The translations under genes and the position numbers were made by a program. A stretch of DNA of 63,569 nucleotides, filler included, from Octopus bimaculoides (taxonomy: Eukaryota), in NCBI RefSeq assembly GCF_001194135.2. It is 9 parts of 8 records of this genome, joined end to end, with 100 filler letters (N's around TTAATTAATTAA, not from the genome) between each part and the next. Parts side by side here need not be neighbours in the genome. Positions count along the whole stretch, not along the records: positions 1 to 18,614 come from NC_068995.1; 8 more parts are not named here. One strand, given 5' to 3'. Position 1 is the stretch's first letter. Each line of letters begins with the position of its first letter. Positions 1-11,167 of the stretch are shown piece after piece. The notes below the pieces were generated by a model. That model had not been told where the DNA came from. It saw only the letters and a program-made list of their open reading frames with translations, and made no database searches.

Positions 1-139
1 AGACCTCCTTGGGTCTTTTTATTATCACTACGACACACATAGTCCCCAGTTGGTAACATTGATTTCAAGGCCCTCCTAGATGAGAAACTGGCATTCCACT
101 TAATGTCTATGTTCCATGCTGGCATGGATTGGAGAGTTA

Positions 140-255
140 TTAATGTAGAAATATGGTATCGTAGCTACTAACAGTTGAGGGTTGCGTAGTCTAGACGACG
201 TTTTTAGATTTCATTATTTTCTTTAACCCGGGCAAAGCCGGGTATTTCTGCTAGT
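140..255 (+). mobile_element. Helitron-like 3' terminus
   Basis: GC-rich hairpin ACCCGG-GCAAAG-CCGGGT (226-243), then 7 nt, then CTAG|T (251-255). This is the canonical Helitron 3' end. The 5' boundary is unclear. Confidence 0.55.
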
Positions 256-269
256 ATATATATATATAT

Positions 270-392
270 ATTAAATCCTGGTACTATCAGTCTCCTTTTG
301 CCAAACCACTAAGTTAAGAGGATGTAAACCAACCAATACAAATTGTTGGCAAGTGGTGGTGGTGGGGACAATCACAAAGACACACACATAGA
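270..392 (-). mobile_element. SINE family A, 3' tail fragment
   Basis: Reverse complement of the A1 tail (ttttgccaaaccactaagtta...ggggacaa) seen in the full copies at 5626 and 17361. Confidence 0.75.
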
Positions 393-455
393 TATATACA
401 TACAATATTGACCTCATAGCATGTTAAAAGGCAAAGAAAACACATATACATATAA

Positions 456-1074
456 CAGTGGAGGAAACCTGTGAAAGAAGTAGACCCAGGAAGACATGGG
501 ATGAGGTGGTGAAGCACAACCTTTGAACATTGGGCCTCAGAGAGGCAATGACAAGCAACAGAGAACTTTGGAGATATGCTATGCTTGAGAAGACCTGGCA
601 AGCCAAGTGAGATCGTAACTGTGACTGATGCCAGTGTCGCATAACTGGCCCATTTAAAAGCACCCTTCAATTGTCGAGCAATATGCCATGCTGGTGAAGA
701 CCTGTTGGACCAAGTGAAATCATAGTTGTGGCCGATGCCAGTGCCACCTGACTGGTACCTGTGCTGGAGGCACGTAAAAAGTACCATTCAAGTGTGGCCG
801 ATGCCAGTGCCACCTGACTGGCACAAGTGCTGGTGGCACAAGTGCTGGTGGCACGTGAAAAGCACCATTCCAGCATGGCCAATGCCAGTGCCACCTGACT
901 GGCTCCCATGAAAAGCACCCACTACACACTCAGAGTGATTGGCGTTAGGAAGGGCATCCATCTGTAGAAACCTTGCCAAATCAGACAGGAGCCTGGTGCA
1001 GCCTTCCGACTTGCCAGTCCTCATCAAATAGTCCAACCCATGCCAGCATGGAAAGCAGACATTAAATGATGATA
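456..1074 (+). mobile_element. RTE-clade LINE, 5'-truncated 3' end (ORF C-terminus, tandem-repeat 3' UTR, (GAT)n tail)
   Basis: 458-610 translates VEETCERSRPRKTWDEVVKHNL*TLGLREAMTSNRELWRYAMLEKTWQAK*, the RGRPRKTW-type RTE C-terminus. It is followed by repeated gatgccagtgccacctgactgg units and the tail aacccatgccagcatggaaagcagacattaaatgatgat. Confidence 0.85.
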
Positions 1075-1076
1075 TA

Positions 1077-2915
1077 CAGGCATACCTTGCTTTACGTAAC
1101 CCCGATTTATGAAACCTCATCTTTACGAATTATAGATGGAAAACGAAAAAATTAGTTACCATGGCAATGAGCGTCACTTTCGGTCTGGCAGCACCTGTTA
1201 CCTCAAGCAATCACCTGCAACTGCTTTTTGCATTTGAAGTGTGTCAGTGCCTGCCCAACTCCTTTCACACTAGCTCGCATTTTATCTTCCTTCATTCCAT
1301 TCATCTTTTTTTTTTTTTTTTACACATCTTTAATTTTTTGAATACCCTTATCATAGCTTCAAAAAGAAAGAATTCTGACATGCAAAGCAAGGATAAGATG
1401 AAATGTAAAGCAATTACTTTAGAAATAAAATACAAATTGATTAAACAACACAAAAAAGGTGCAACTGTTAAAGATTTATAAAAAAAAATTTGATATGGCT
1501 CCTTCATTTGTGTGTACCATCTTGAAACAAAAGGAAGATTATTTAAATAAAGTTAAAGGAAGTCACGCTCTAAATTCAACTTAGTTACGAAGAAAAGATA
1601 ATGAAAGTTTTATTTCAGGCACAGAAAAACTTTTGACAGCTTGGATTAACGACCAAATCCATAGACTTCATATGCCACTTAGTCAGGTGATAATTTGCAG
1701 TAAAGTAATTTCCCTTTTTAACTTTATCCTTTGGATAAATCAGATGGATCAAATGGAAACATTTCTAGCGAGCAATGGTTGGTTCGACCGTTTCAAAAAA
1801 CGTGCAAATCTACACAATGTGAAGATCCAAGAAGAATCGTTTAACGCAGATCAAAAAGCTGCAGAAANNNNNNNNNNNNNNNNNNNNNNNNNNNNNNNNN
1901 NNNNNNNNAAGGATAAAAAAAATTCCTTTCAAGAGTTTTTTGATAATGGATAATGCCCCCAGTCATGCTGCATTTTTAAAGCATCATCATCATCATCAAA
2001 ATATTAATGTTGTTTTTTTACCTCCCAATACAACATCTTTATTGCAGCCTATGCATCAAGGAGCCATTTCATCGTTTAAATTGTACTATCTCCATTTCAC
2101 CTTTGGAAGACTCATCGAAGTGACTGATAAAGAGAATGGTCCTACGATTCAAGAATTTTGGAAGAGTTTCAACATCCCTGATGCAATAAAAGTGATAAAG
2201 AAAGCATGGGATAAAATCACCGTAAGGAAAATGAAAGGAATTTGGAAAAATCTCGTCCCCAAATTAATTGACAATTTTCAAGGATTTGATAACCTTCATG
2301 AAGGTCTTCAAACAGAAACTGACATGATCATAAACATTGCAAAGGAATTGAATTTTGAAATTTCACCTGAAGATGTTAAAGAAGTTCTTTATGCTGACAG
2401 TGATGAAATCACAAACGAAGAATTGCTAGAAATGGGAAAGTTTGAATGTGAAGAAGAAGATGAAGAATCGCCTGAAAGATGCTTCTCTGCAAAAAAGCTA
2501 AATGAACATGAAATCTACCATGAAATGAAGAAGAAATCTTATCAACAAACAACTTCAGATTATTTCTTAATGAAGATAACTAATGCAGACCAAACATCGA
2601 AACAAGAAGAAACTCAACAAAAGGAATTGACATGTGCTCATGAGGCACCAACGACGGCAGACATGATGGATAGGAATTAAATTTCATGAGTTGAATGTTT
2701 TTGTTTTATATATGTTTTTCTATTTTTTCATTCTATAATTTGTGATTTAATAAAGAAATTATACTCTTGAATATTGCTATTTTCATCTTAACTTTTTTTT
2801 CAATTTCAGAAAGCTTAAGAATCAACTTCCTTAGTGGGAACCAATTAAAGGCATATTCATTGTTTTTTATGGACGATAATACTCCACTATACGAATTTTT
2901 CATTTTACAAATCTA
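1077..2915 (+). mobile_element. Tigger/pogo DNA transposon, decayed (copy 1)
   Basis: TA (1075-1076) then CAGGCATACCTTGCTTTACG, a Tigger1-like TIR. Contains transposase remnants. The 3' TIR is not found and is replaced by an RTE-tail fragment at about 2915. Confidence 0.9.
1380..2680 (+). pseudogene. Tigger-type DDE transposase pseudogene (psq HTH, CENP-B HTH, DDE_1)
   Basis: Fragments KAITLEIKYKLIKQHKKGATVKDL, EKLLTAWINDQ...FLASNGWFDRFKKR, IMDNAPSH, VVFLPPNTTSLLQPMHQGAISSFK. Has stops and frameshifts and a 41-N gap where roughly 200 aa are missing. Confidence 0.9.
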
Positions 2916-3225
2916 GTTAGGCTCCAGTTGTCTGTTTTGGCATGGTTTCTACAGCTAGATGCCCTGCCTAACATCAACTACTTTACAGAGTGTACTAGGT
3001 GCTTTTAACATAGCAAGGCACACACACACACACACACACGTATGTATGAATGTATGTATGTATATGTATATCATCATCAGCATTTAACATCTGTTTTTCA
3101 TGCTATCATGAGTTGGACAGTTTGACAAGGACTGGCTAGGCAGAAGACTGCACCAGGCTTCACTGTCTGTTTTAGCAGGGTTTTTATGGCTGGATGCCCT
3201 TCCTGACACCAACCATCTTACATTT
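2915..3225 (-). mobile_element. Two RTE 3'-tail fragments separated by a (CA)/(TATG) microsatellite
   Basis: ggtttctacagctagatgccctgcctaacatcaac and catcatcagcatttaacatctgtttttcatgctatcatgagttggac are reverse complements of the tail at 940-1074. Confidence 0.75.
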
Positions 3226-3539
3226 CATTTTTGTATTTGGTTTGCTAGATTCTTTATGTGAATTCATGTATTGAAACAAATTTCATTGTGTCTAGGGAGA
3301 GTCATTATGCCAATATTATTAACACATGCACTGGTTCAATTCAACTCCTTTATTATTAGTCAATTGGTTAAATATCCAATTACCTAATTGATTTTATGTT
3401 TAATTTGGTTAAACAGTAAGTCATTTGTTTTCTTTTTGTTTGTCAAAGCTCTTTCATCACTACTTGCAACCATTTCAATGTCAATGATCCCCACTCCCCG
3501 CCCACATAAATGTATAATGATAAAAATAAATGCGCCCTT

Positions 3540-3709
3540 TTAAAGCCTAGCCAGGCTCATAGGCCTGGTTTCCCGGTTTCAATGGCGTATGTGTCCCCCA
3601 GCTGGATGGGACGCCAGTCCATCGCAGCGTTACTCATTTTTGCCAGCTGAGTGAACTGGAGCAACTTGAAATTCATTTCACGTTGCTCCAGTCCACTCAG
3701 CTGGCAAAA
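3540..3709. mobile_element. SINE family C fragment (MetaSINE-like core plus V-like tail) ending in a fold-back
   Basis: The minus strand reads actcagctggcaaaaatgagtaacgctgcgatggactggcgtcccatccag. 3638-3672 and 3675-3709 are inverted copies of the core. Confidence 0.7.
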
Positions 3710-3717
3710 TATATGTG

Positions 3718-3785
<68 letters not shown>

Positions 3786-3945
3786 TGTGCACATTTATGT
3801 GTGTGTACACACATATATGACTTATACTGCAGCATGATGTAGGGTTCTTAACCAAGCTACATTCAAGATATTGGTAGATCTTTTTTTTTTTGTAATCTCT
3901 GTTATCAATTGTCACTTTGGTTTTTATCTCACTGACCCCTTAGAC

Positions 3946-4283
3946 CAGTGGTTCTCAACTGGGGTCTATATGACGCTTATAGGGTTCCATATAAGATTTT
4001 TGTGGGTCCAAGCAAACAAAATAGTAAATTGAAAATCTGCAATATTATTTTAAGGGGCCCTGAAAAAATTCTGCTTTAGATGTATTTGTTGCAAGAAATA
4101 GGTTTATTTCTCTAATGTTCAACCTACACAAGTCAACGTGTGAAAAACAGAATAGGAATTTTGAAAGAAGTACCTATAAAACTTGTTTATAAACATCAAA
4201 TGGCTACGGGGTCTACAAAAATAAAATAATATTCAAAGAGGGGTTCATAGATGAAAAAAAAAAACAATGGTTAAGAACTTTTG
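3946..4283 (+). mobile_element. hAT (Charlie-like) MITE, copy 1
   Basis: Termini CAGTGGTTCTCAAC / GGTTAAGAACTTTTG, with 8-bp TSD ccttagac (3938-3945) / ctttagac (4284-4291). Confidence 0.85.
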
Positions 4284-4469
4284 CTTTAGACCTTTCCTTT
4301 TAATTCTTTGCAATTCTTTGAAGCATGAATTTTTTTTTATTGTTTTCATTTTATTGTAGTTCTTTGACATACTATGCAATAAAAGTTCCCAAGGGCAAAC
4401 CGTCTGATCTTCTGTATTGTCTGAAGGACAAATAATATTTCGATTTATTCCAGTGAAATATTTTTGTTG

Positions 4470-4625
4470 TTATGAAGCTCTCTTTGCAACCGTATGGTTT
4501 TGAGTTTAGTCTCACTGTGTGGCACCTTGGGCAAGTGTTTTATACTGTAGCTCAGGGCCAACAGATACCTTGTAGGTAAATTACATTGATAGAAACTGTG
4601 TGTAAGCCATCGTGTGTGTGTGTGT
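4470..4625 (+). mobile_element. SINE family A head, degraded
   Basis: caaccgtatggttttgagtttagtctcactgtgtggcaccttgggcaagtg matches the A head. Confidence 0.7.
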
Positions 4626-4630
4626 GTAAG

Positions 4631-4877
4631 TGAATGACATGGAAAGTAGAAATTATGTGATGGACTTCATTAGCTTACAGCTGTTTTTGCTTCTAGATGC
4701 AATGCGCTTATCGTTGAATGCTTGTGTATCAGTTTATAGCTTTATTGGGAGATTTGTTTTTGAAGCTCTGACGAAGCCATAAGGCGATACTCTACCTCGA
4801 GTGCATTTTGCCTTGTAGCAGAAACAGCTGTCAGCAAATGAGGTTCACGTCATAATTTCCTGTTCCCTTGTCATTTA
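4631..4877 (+). mobile_element. Fold-back element with about 65-bp imperfect inverted repeats enclosing a degenerate hammerhead ribozyme
   Basis: 4631-4697 aligns by eye to the reverse complement of 4811-4877. The core CTGACGA-A-GCC-ATAA-GGC-GATAC-TC-tacctc-GAGT lies at 4768-4802. Confidence 0.65.
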
Positions 4878-4993
4878 TATAACCTCTTATTACACTCTGT
4901 ACTTGACTAATGCTTTTTTCTGAAGCATATGTATATTGAGTTCTGACACCAGGTTTTTAGTATCTCTATACCTAAGCAAACTATATGTGTGCT

Positions 4994-5044
<51 letters not shown>

Positions 5045-5169
5045 GTCTGTGTATATGTATATATATTTATGCATGTATATACAAGCAGACTCCATGTTTA
5101 TGAATTAATTCATTCCATGGCTGCAGTCAAATTAGTGAAACAAGTAAAAGAATAAAAGAATAAACCATT

Positions 5170-5400
5170 TCCAGCGTCCAAAATACACTCTCTACTCAAA
5201 TTTCTCTCCAAAAGATGGGGTCTGTGCACACATAAGACTTCACTCTCTCTGCCCATCACTTCTCTCACCTGGATTTCAGTAACAATGACTTCTAATTACA
5301 CTGGCTCAAAGTCTACCTCTTTCATTCCCCCAAATACATTTTCCCGCTCTTTTCAGTCTCTGAATTTCTCAAACCACCAACAAGTCTTACATATATTTAC
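5170..5400 (+). pseudogene. APE-type endonuclease fragment of a CR1/Jockey-group LINE, decayed
   Basis: Frameshifted translation PKYTLYSNFSPKDGVCAHIR...HLDFSNNDF*LHWLKVYLFHSPKYI resembles the GGVCAYIR...WLK...KYICxLYRS segment of LINE endonucleases (recognised from memory). Confidence 0.55.
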
Positions 5401-5625
5401 CCCATGACTAAACATTCTTTCATGGAAGGTTGACAATGAATTATACTACTTGTATGACAATGACACACCTTTACAACTATAAGACAATGTTAAGACAAAG
5501 AGGTCCATACACACACACACACACACACGAGACAATGAAATTGTTGTTTAACTTGTTTCAGTAATTCTTTAGCATTTTAATTCTCACCCATTAATTTAAT
5601 CCATTGTGATTTATTTTTTATTAGC

Positions 5626-6066
5626 GGCTGTGTGGTAAGTAGCTTGCTTACCAACCACATGGTTCCGGGTTCAGTCCCACTGCGTGGCACCTTGGGCAAG
5701 TGTCTTCTACTATAGCCTCGGGCCGACCAAAGCCTTGTGAGTGGATTTGGTAGACGGAAACTGAAAGAAGCCCATCGTATATCTGTATATATATATATAT
5801 NNNNNNNNNNAAAACTGAAAGAAGCCCATCGTATATATGTATATATATATATATGTTTGTGTGTCTGTATCTGTCCCCCCATCATCGCTTGACAACCGAT
5901 GCTGGTGTGTTTATGTCCCCGTAACTTAGCGGTTCGGCAAAAAGACTGATAGAATAAGTACTAGGCTTACAAAGAATAAGTCCTGGGGTCGATTAGCTCG
6001 ACTAAAGGCGGTGCTCCAGCATGGCCACAGTCAAATGACTGAAACAAGTAAAAGAGTAAAAGAGTA
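5626..6066 (+). mobile_element. SINE family A (tRNA-like head, internal microsatellite, A1 tail), near full length
   Basis: A-box-like GGCTGTGTGGTAAG, B-box-like GGTTCAGTCCC, central (TA)/(TG) tract, tail ending (GTAAAAGA)n. Resembles octopus OK/OR-type tRNA SINEs. Confidence 0.9.
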
Positions 6067-7095
6067 TACCCTCTATTTATTAATGTATTTTTTCATTTAT
6101 ATATATATTTTTTACATGTTTAATTTCCAGTTGCCTTTTTCTTTATGCTTCGTTAGAGACACTGAAATTCTCTTATTATCATCTTAGCTCAAATTTGAAG
6201 CATATTTTTTTCCTCAACAGATTACAGCATCTTACAGTTATAAAAAAAAAAAAATTACAGTATCTTTCTCATAGAAACTTTAACTAAATAGCCTGTCTTC
6301 CACACAGCAGCCTGTTTCTTTAGCCATTAGTGGTCAATAACATGAGTGACCTCAATAATAATGTACTTTTGATACAGCCTAAAAAACACAAGCACTTTAT
6401 CTTTTTTATGGAGTTCAGTAAAAGTTTAACTACAATAGGAATTCCTACCCTATCAGATTTCAATACTACCTCAACTTTATTTTTCCTAAGTAGAGTACGC
6501 TCACCCTCTTGGCAGGTTACTGCTGGTCAATTTTTGGATAGTTTACTACTATGACATGTTGGTTTCTGTTATCTTTTCCTAGCAGTGTGATTGCTTTGAG
6601 AAAGATAAGGCTGGGTGTTTTTTTTTTTCCTAGATCTATGTAATGCTACTGTAGATTAAATATGGATGGATGAATGTGCAGAATGAATACACCATTGCAT
6701 TATTATGCAACACAGCATTATCTGAGATACACCTAAGCAAATTATAAATTGCAAAACACGAATTAAAAATGTACAATTATCCATTCCTTGTATTTTATAT
6801 AATTGATTAAGGAAACAGAAGATGGAGTTGGTATTAGTCTTTATTGAGTATGACAAGCGTTCCAACCCATCCTGCGACTGTCCCTTATGGATGGGATGCT
6901 GTGCATCATATTGTGTTGCATCAATTTTGCAGTCTGGGTCACATCAGGTATATTGTATATTCATACATAAGTGATATTTCCAAAACATTACACACACACA
7001 CATACATATAAACATACACACACACATATATACCATTCTGTGATGGTAAGATAAAAAATAAATACTCTATCTGGTGTGAGAGAAAAATATTGTTT

Positions 7096-7492
7096 AGGCA
7101 TGGCTGTGTTGTAAGAAGCATGCTTCCCAACCACATGGTTCCAAGTTCAGTTCCACAGTGTGGCAACTCGGCCAAGTGTCTTTTACAATAGCGTTGGGCC
7201 GACCAGAGCTTTGAGAGTGGATTTAATTGATGGAAGCTGAAAGAAGTTCATCATGAGTGTGTGTGTGTGTGTGCGTAGGTTTTTGTGTCTGTCCTCGCAA
7301 AATCACTTGACGACTGGTGTTGGTGTGTCTACATCCCCATAACTTAAGCGGTTCAGCAAAGAGACCAGCAGAATAAGTACTAGACTTAAAAACAAGTCCC
7401 GAGATTGAATTGTTCAACAAAATCACATCAAGGCAGTGCTCCAGCATGGCCACAGTCAAATGACTGAAACAAGTAAAAGAATAAAAAGAGTA
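7096..7492 (+). mobile_element. SINE family A (A1 tail), full length
   Basis: Same head, microsatellite and tail order as 5626-6066. Confidence 0.9.
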
Positions 7493-7720
7493 ATGTATTT
7501 TTATGGGCCACTAAGTTTCATGCGATGGAAATGACTCAGACAGCATTTTATAACAGGTCTGGTGCTTTCACTCAATCCTCCAGAGGAACACACACAATGG
7601 CTTCATTCCAGTTTCTGTCTGGTAAATCCACACACAAGGCTACAGCAGAATTTGGGGGAAGGTGGAAGTTAGCCAATTAAATTGACCTCTAGTACTTAGT
7701 TGGTGCTTTATTTTACTAAG

Positions 7721-8205
7721 TATGGCTCAGTGGTTGGAATGTCAGGCTCACAATCATGAGGTAGTGAGTTCAATTCCTGGACTGGGGTGTGTGTTATGTT
7801 CTTGAGCAAGACACTTTATTTCACATTGCTCCAGTTCACTCAACTGTAGAAATGAGTTGTGACGTCACTGGTACCAAGCTGTATCAGCCTTTGCCTTTCC
7901 CTTGGTTAACATCGGTGGTGTAGAGAGACGAGGCTGATATGCATGAGCGACTGCTGGTCTTCCATAAACAACCTTTCCCAGACTTGTGCCTCAGAGAGGA
8001 ACTTTGTAGGAACAATCCCATCGTTGTTCATGACTATAGAGGGTCTCCTTGGGTAACACTGGTGGTGTAGAGAGGGGAGGCTGGTATGCATGGGTGACTG
8101 CTGGTCGCCCATAAAACAACCTTGCTCAGACTTGTGCCTTAGAGGGGGAGCTTTCTAGGTGCAATCCCATGGTCATTCATGACCAAAGGGGGTCTTTACC
8201 CTTTA
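7721..8205 (+). mobile_element. SINE family C (tRNA head, Meta-like core, C2 tail) with tandemly duplicated tail
   Basis: Head TGGCTCAGTGGTT...GAGTTCAATTCC, core ttcttgagcaagacactttatttcacattgctccagttcactcaactg. The tail block at 7897-8045 is repeated at about 8047-8200. Confidence 0.85.
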
Positions 8206-8345
8206 GCCTTTATTTTACCAACCCCAAAACAACAGGAGGCAAAGTTGATCTCAGCAGGATTTGAACTCACAATAAAAAGAATGTTAACTAAGTGCCGTGA
8301 GGCATTTTGCCTGGTGCTATAACGATTCTGTTAATCTGCCATTCA
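8205..8345 (-). mobile_element. SINE family B, degraded
   Basis: Reverse complement of ggcagaatcgttagcacgccgggcaaaatgc...gagttcaaattc...gactttgcctttcatcc. Confidence 0.7.
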
Positions 8346-9394
8346 AGTGGATGATGAGGACAAGAACAACGATTATGATGATGATGATGATGATGGTAGT
8401 GAGGATGATAACTAGGTCTAAAATGATAGTGATGGTGATGATGGTGGATGTTGAGAGCAATGATGAATAATGCTGGTGCTGATGATGATGGTGGTAGTGG
8501 AAGTGGGGGGATACTGATGATGATGATGATGATGGTGGTGGCAGTGGTAGAGGGCGATAACATCCATGGTATGATGAGGAAGGAGAGATGGAGCAGAAAA
8601 TGAATATTGTGATGATAGTAATGGTGGAAATACTATTGAATAATGTTTACTGAAGTGGTGGCGATGGCAGAGGAGGAGGAGGAGGAGGTGGTGGTGGTGT
8701 TGGTGTTGGTGGTGGTGGTGTTGTTGGTGGTGGGTGGTGGTGGGTGGTGGTAGTAGTAGTAGTAGTCATACCTTGATACATTGTGAAAACAGGACATATT
8801 GAAGATGTCTTAATATTATAAAAGACGACGGACTNNNNNNNNNNNNNNNNNNNNNNNNNNNNNNNNNNNNNNNNNNNNNNNNNNNNNNNNNNNNNNNNNN
8901 NNNNNNNNNNNNNNNNNNNNNNNNNNNNNNNNNNNNNNNNNNNNNNNNNNNNNNNNNNNNNNNNNNNNNNNNNNNNNNNNNNNNNNNNNNNNNNNNNNNN
9001 NNNNNNNNNNNNNNNNNNNNNNNNNNNNNNNNNNNNNNNNNNNNNNNNNNNNNNNNNNNNNNNNNNNNNNNNNNNNNNNNNNNNNNNNNNNNNNNNNNNN
9101 NNNNNNNNNNNNNNNNNNNNNNNNNNNNNNNNNNNNNNNNNNNNNNNNNNNNNNNNNNNNNNNNNNNNNNNNNNNNNNNNNNNNNNNNNNNNNNNNNNNN
9201 NNNNNNNNNNNNNNNNNNNNNNNNNNNNNNNNNNNNNNNNNNNNNNNNNNNNNNNNNNNNNNNNNNNNNNNNNNNNNNNNNNNNNNNNNNNNNNNNNNNN
9301 NNNNNNNNNNNNNNNNNNNNNNNNNNNNNNNNNNNNNNNNNNNNNNNNNNNNNNNNNNNNNNNNNNNNNNNNNNNNNNNNNNNNNNNNNNATAT

Positions 9395-9560
9395 ATGTGC
9401 GGTTGATGCCAGTGCCCCATGAATGGCTCCCATGCCAGTGGTACGTAAAAAGCACTATCTGAACATGATCAATGCCAGGGCCACCTGATTGGTTCCTGTC
9501 CCAGTGGCACGTAAAAGGTACCTACTTCACTCGCGGAGCGGCTGGTATTAGGAAGGGTTT
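9395..9560 (+). mobile_element. RTE 3' UTR tandem-repeat fragment
   Basis: gatgccagtgcc...gtacgtaaaaagcac units, the same as those at 720-930. Confidence 0.75.
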
Positions 9561-9781
9561 TGGCCGGGTTGGCATCAAAAGGATAAATCATGTATAAGCT
9601 TGTAACTGTGGGAGTTCAATGATGCAACCGTTTACTTTTAGAATGACATTGTAGGGTTGGTGCAAAAGGTTGGATCAGGCTGTTTTGAACATAAAATAGG
9701 CAGGATATTTGGGCTAGATATGGCTTGTTTGAATGCTAAAAGGTTATAATGATCTAAATTAGAAGCTTCCATTGAAATTTC

Positions 9782-10068
9782 ATCAGTTATGACTGACCAT
9801 GGGACTACACCGAGAAAGTTACCCTCCCAGGCACAAGTCCTGGCAAGGTTGTTTATGGAAGACCAGCAGTCGTCCATGCATACCGGCCTCCTCTCTCCAC
9901 GCCACCAGTGTTATCCAAGGGAAAGGCAACTGTGATGTCGCAACTCATTTCTACAGCTGAGTGAACTGGAGCAACGTGAAATAAAGTGTCTTGCTCAAGA
10001 ACACAACACGCAGCCTTGTCCGGGATTCGAACTCACAACCTCATGATTGTAAGCTCGACACTCTAACC
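9782..10068 (-). mobile_element. SINE family C (C2 tail)
   Basis: Reverse complement of 7721-8045. Confidence 0.85.
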
Positions 10069-10142
10069 ACTGAGCCATGCTCCTTCACCAAGTTAATAAA
10101 GATAAAAATATTCTACTAAATAATGCTTTTTTTTATTTTTTA

Positions 10143-10332
10143 TTTCTTTTACTTACTTCAGCCATGCTGGAGCACTGCCTTGACAAATTTTAGTCTAATG
10201 AATTGAACCTCAATCAGCACTAATTATTTTTTTGTAAAACCTGGTACTTATTCTATCAGTCTCTTTTGCCAAACCGCTAAGTTACAGGGATGTAAATACA
10301 CCAACACTGGTTGCCAAAGAGTGGGTGGTGGG

Positions 10333-10363
<31 letters not shown>

Positions 10364-10521
10364 TATGACGAGCTGCTTTCAGCTTCGGTCTACCAAATCC
10401 ACTCACAAGTCTTTGCTTGGCCTGAGGCTATAGTAGAAGAAACTTGCCCAAGGTGTCATACAGTGGGACTGAACCCAGTACCACATGGTTGGGAAGCAAG
10501 CTTCTTACCACATAGCCATGC
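10143..10521 (-). mobile_element. SINE family A (A1 tail), full length
   Basis: Reverse complement of the A consensus, with a (CA)n centre. Confidence 0.85.
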
Positions 10522-10760
10522 TAGCAGCTTATTTCAACAGAAATATGGCAACAAAAGTATTAAATAAAGACAGACAGATTGGACAAAGTAGTTATTCCCT
10601 GACATACAAAAAGATGAGATGGTTGAGGCTAGGACGCTCTTGGTTATAGGATTCTATGATTCTGTGATTCCTTTGTTCAAGGATTCTGTGATTCCATGAT
10701 TCCTTTGTTGCTGGCTTCATTATTTCTAGTGAGCACAATATTTGAATGCAAGTTATTTTA

Positions 10761-10986
10761 ACCCTTTCATTACCATATCTCTGTTGAAATACACTGCTAT
10801 TGTTTCAATTAATTTTGAAAATAATGAAGAATTTATTAAAATAACTTTGCCATTATTAAGTTGGTGTTTGGAATGTACATAAATCATTGACGTTTTTGTT
10901 GGAAGGTTTTAATTTAGATCACTTTGAAATAAGGAACTCGTTTCATAGAATCATGGGTGGCATCAGGCAGGTTGACATCAAAAGAG
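10761..10986. mobile_element. TTAA-flanked (piggyBac-like) MITE
   Basis: TTAA|CCCTTTC...AAAAGAG|TTAA. Confidence 0.55.
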
Positions 10987-11167
10987 TTAATGCTGTTTTA
11001 TTTCTTTCCTTCTTTCTTTTTCTTCTTCCTCTCCCTCCTCACTCTCTCTCTCTCTCTCTCTCTCTAATCATTTCCAAATACTTCTTTATTTCTTCAATCC
11101 TTATTTTTGATCATCTTTGTTTTCTTAAGTCATTCTGCAGGAAGACTTGCAACTAAGCAAAACATTA

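Noticed and set aside
1981-1998. His5 tract inside the Tigger ORF
   Set aside because: This is an in-frame (CAT)n slippage in a dead transposase.
5755-5835. Direct duplication of aaactgaaagaagcccatcgtata around a 10-N gap
   Set aside because: This is an overlapping-contig assembly artefact.
6204-6220. Strong polypyrimidine tract plus CAG, like a splice acceptor
   Set aside because: There is no open exon or credible donor downstream.
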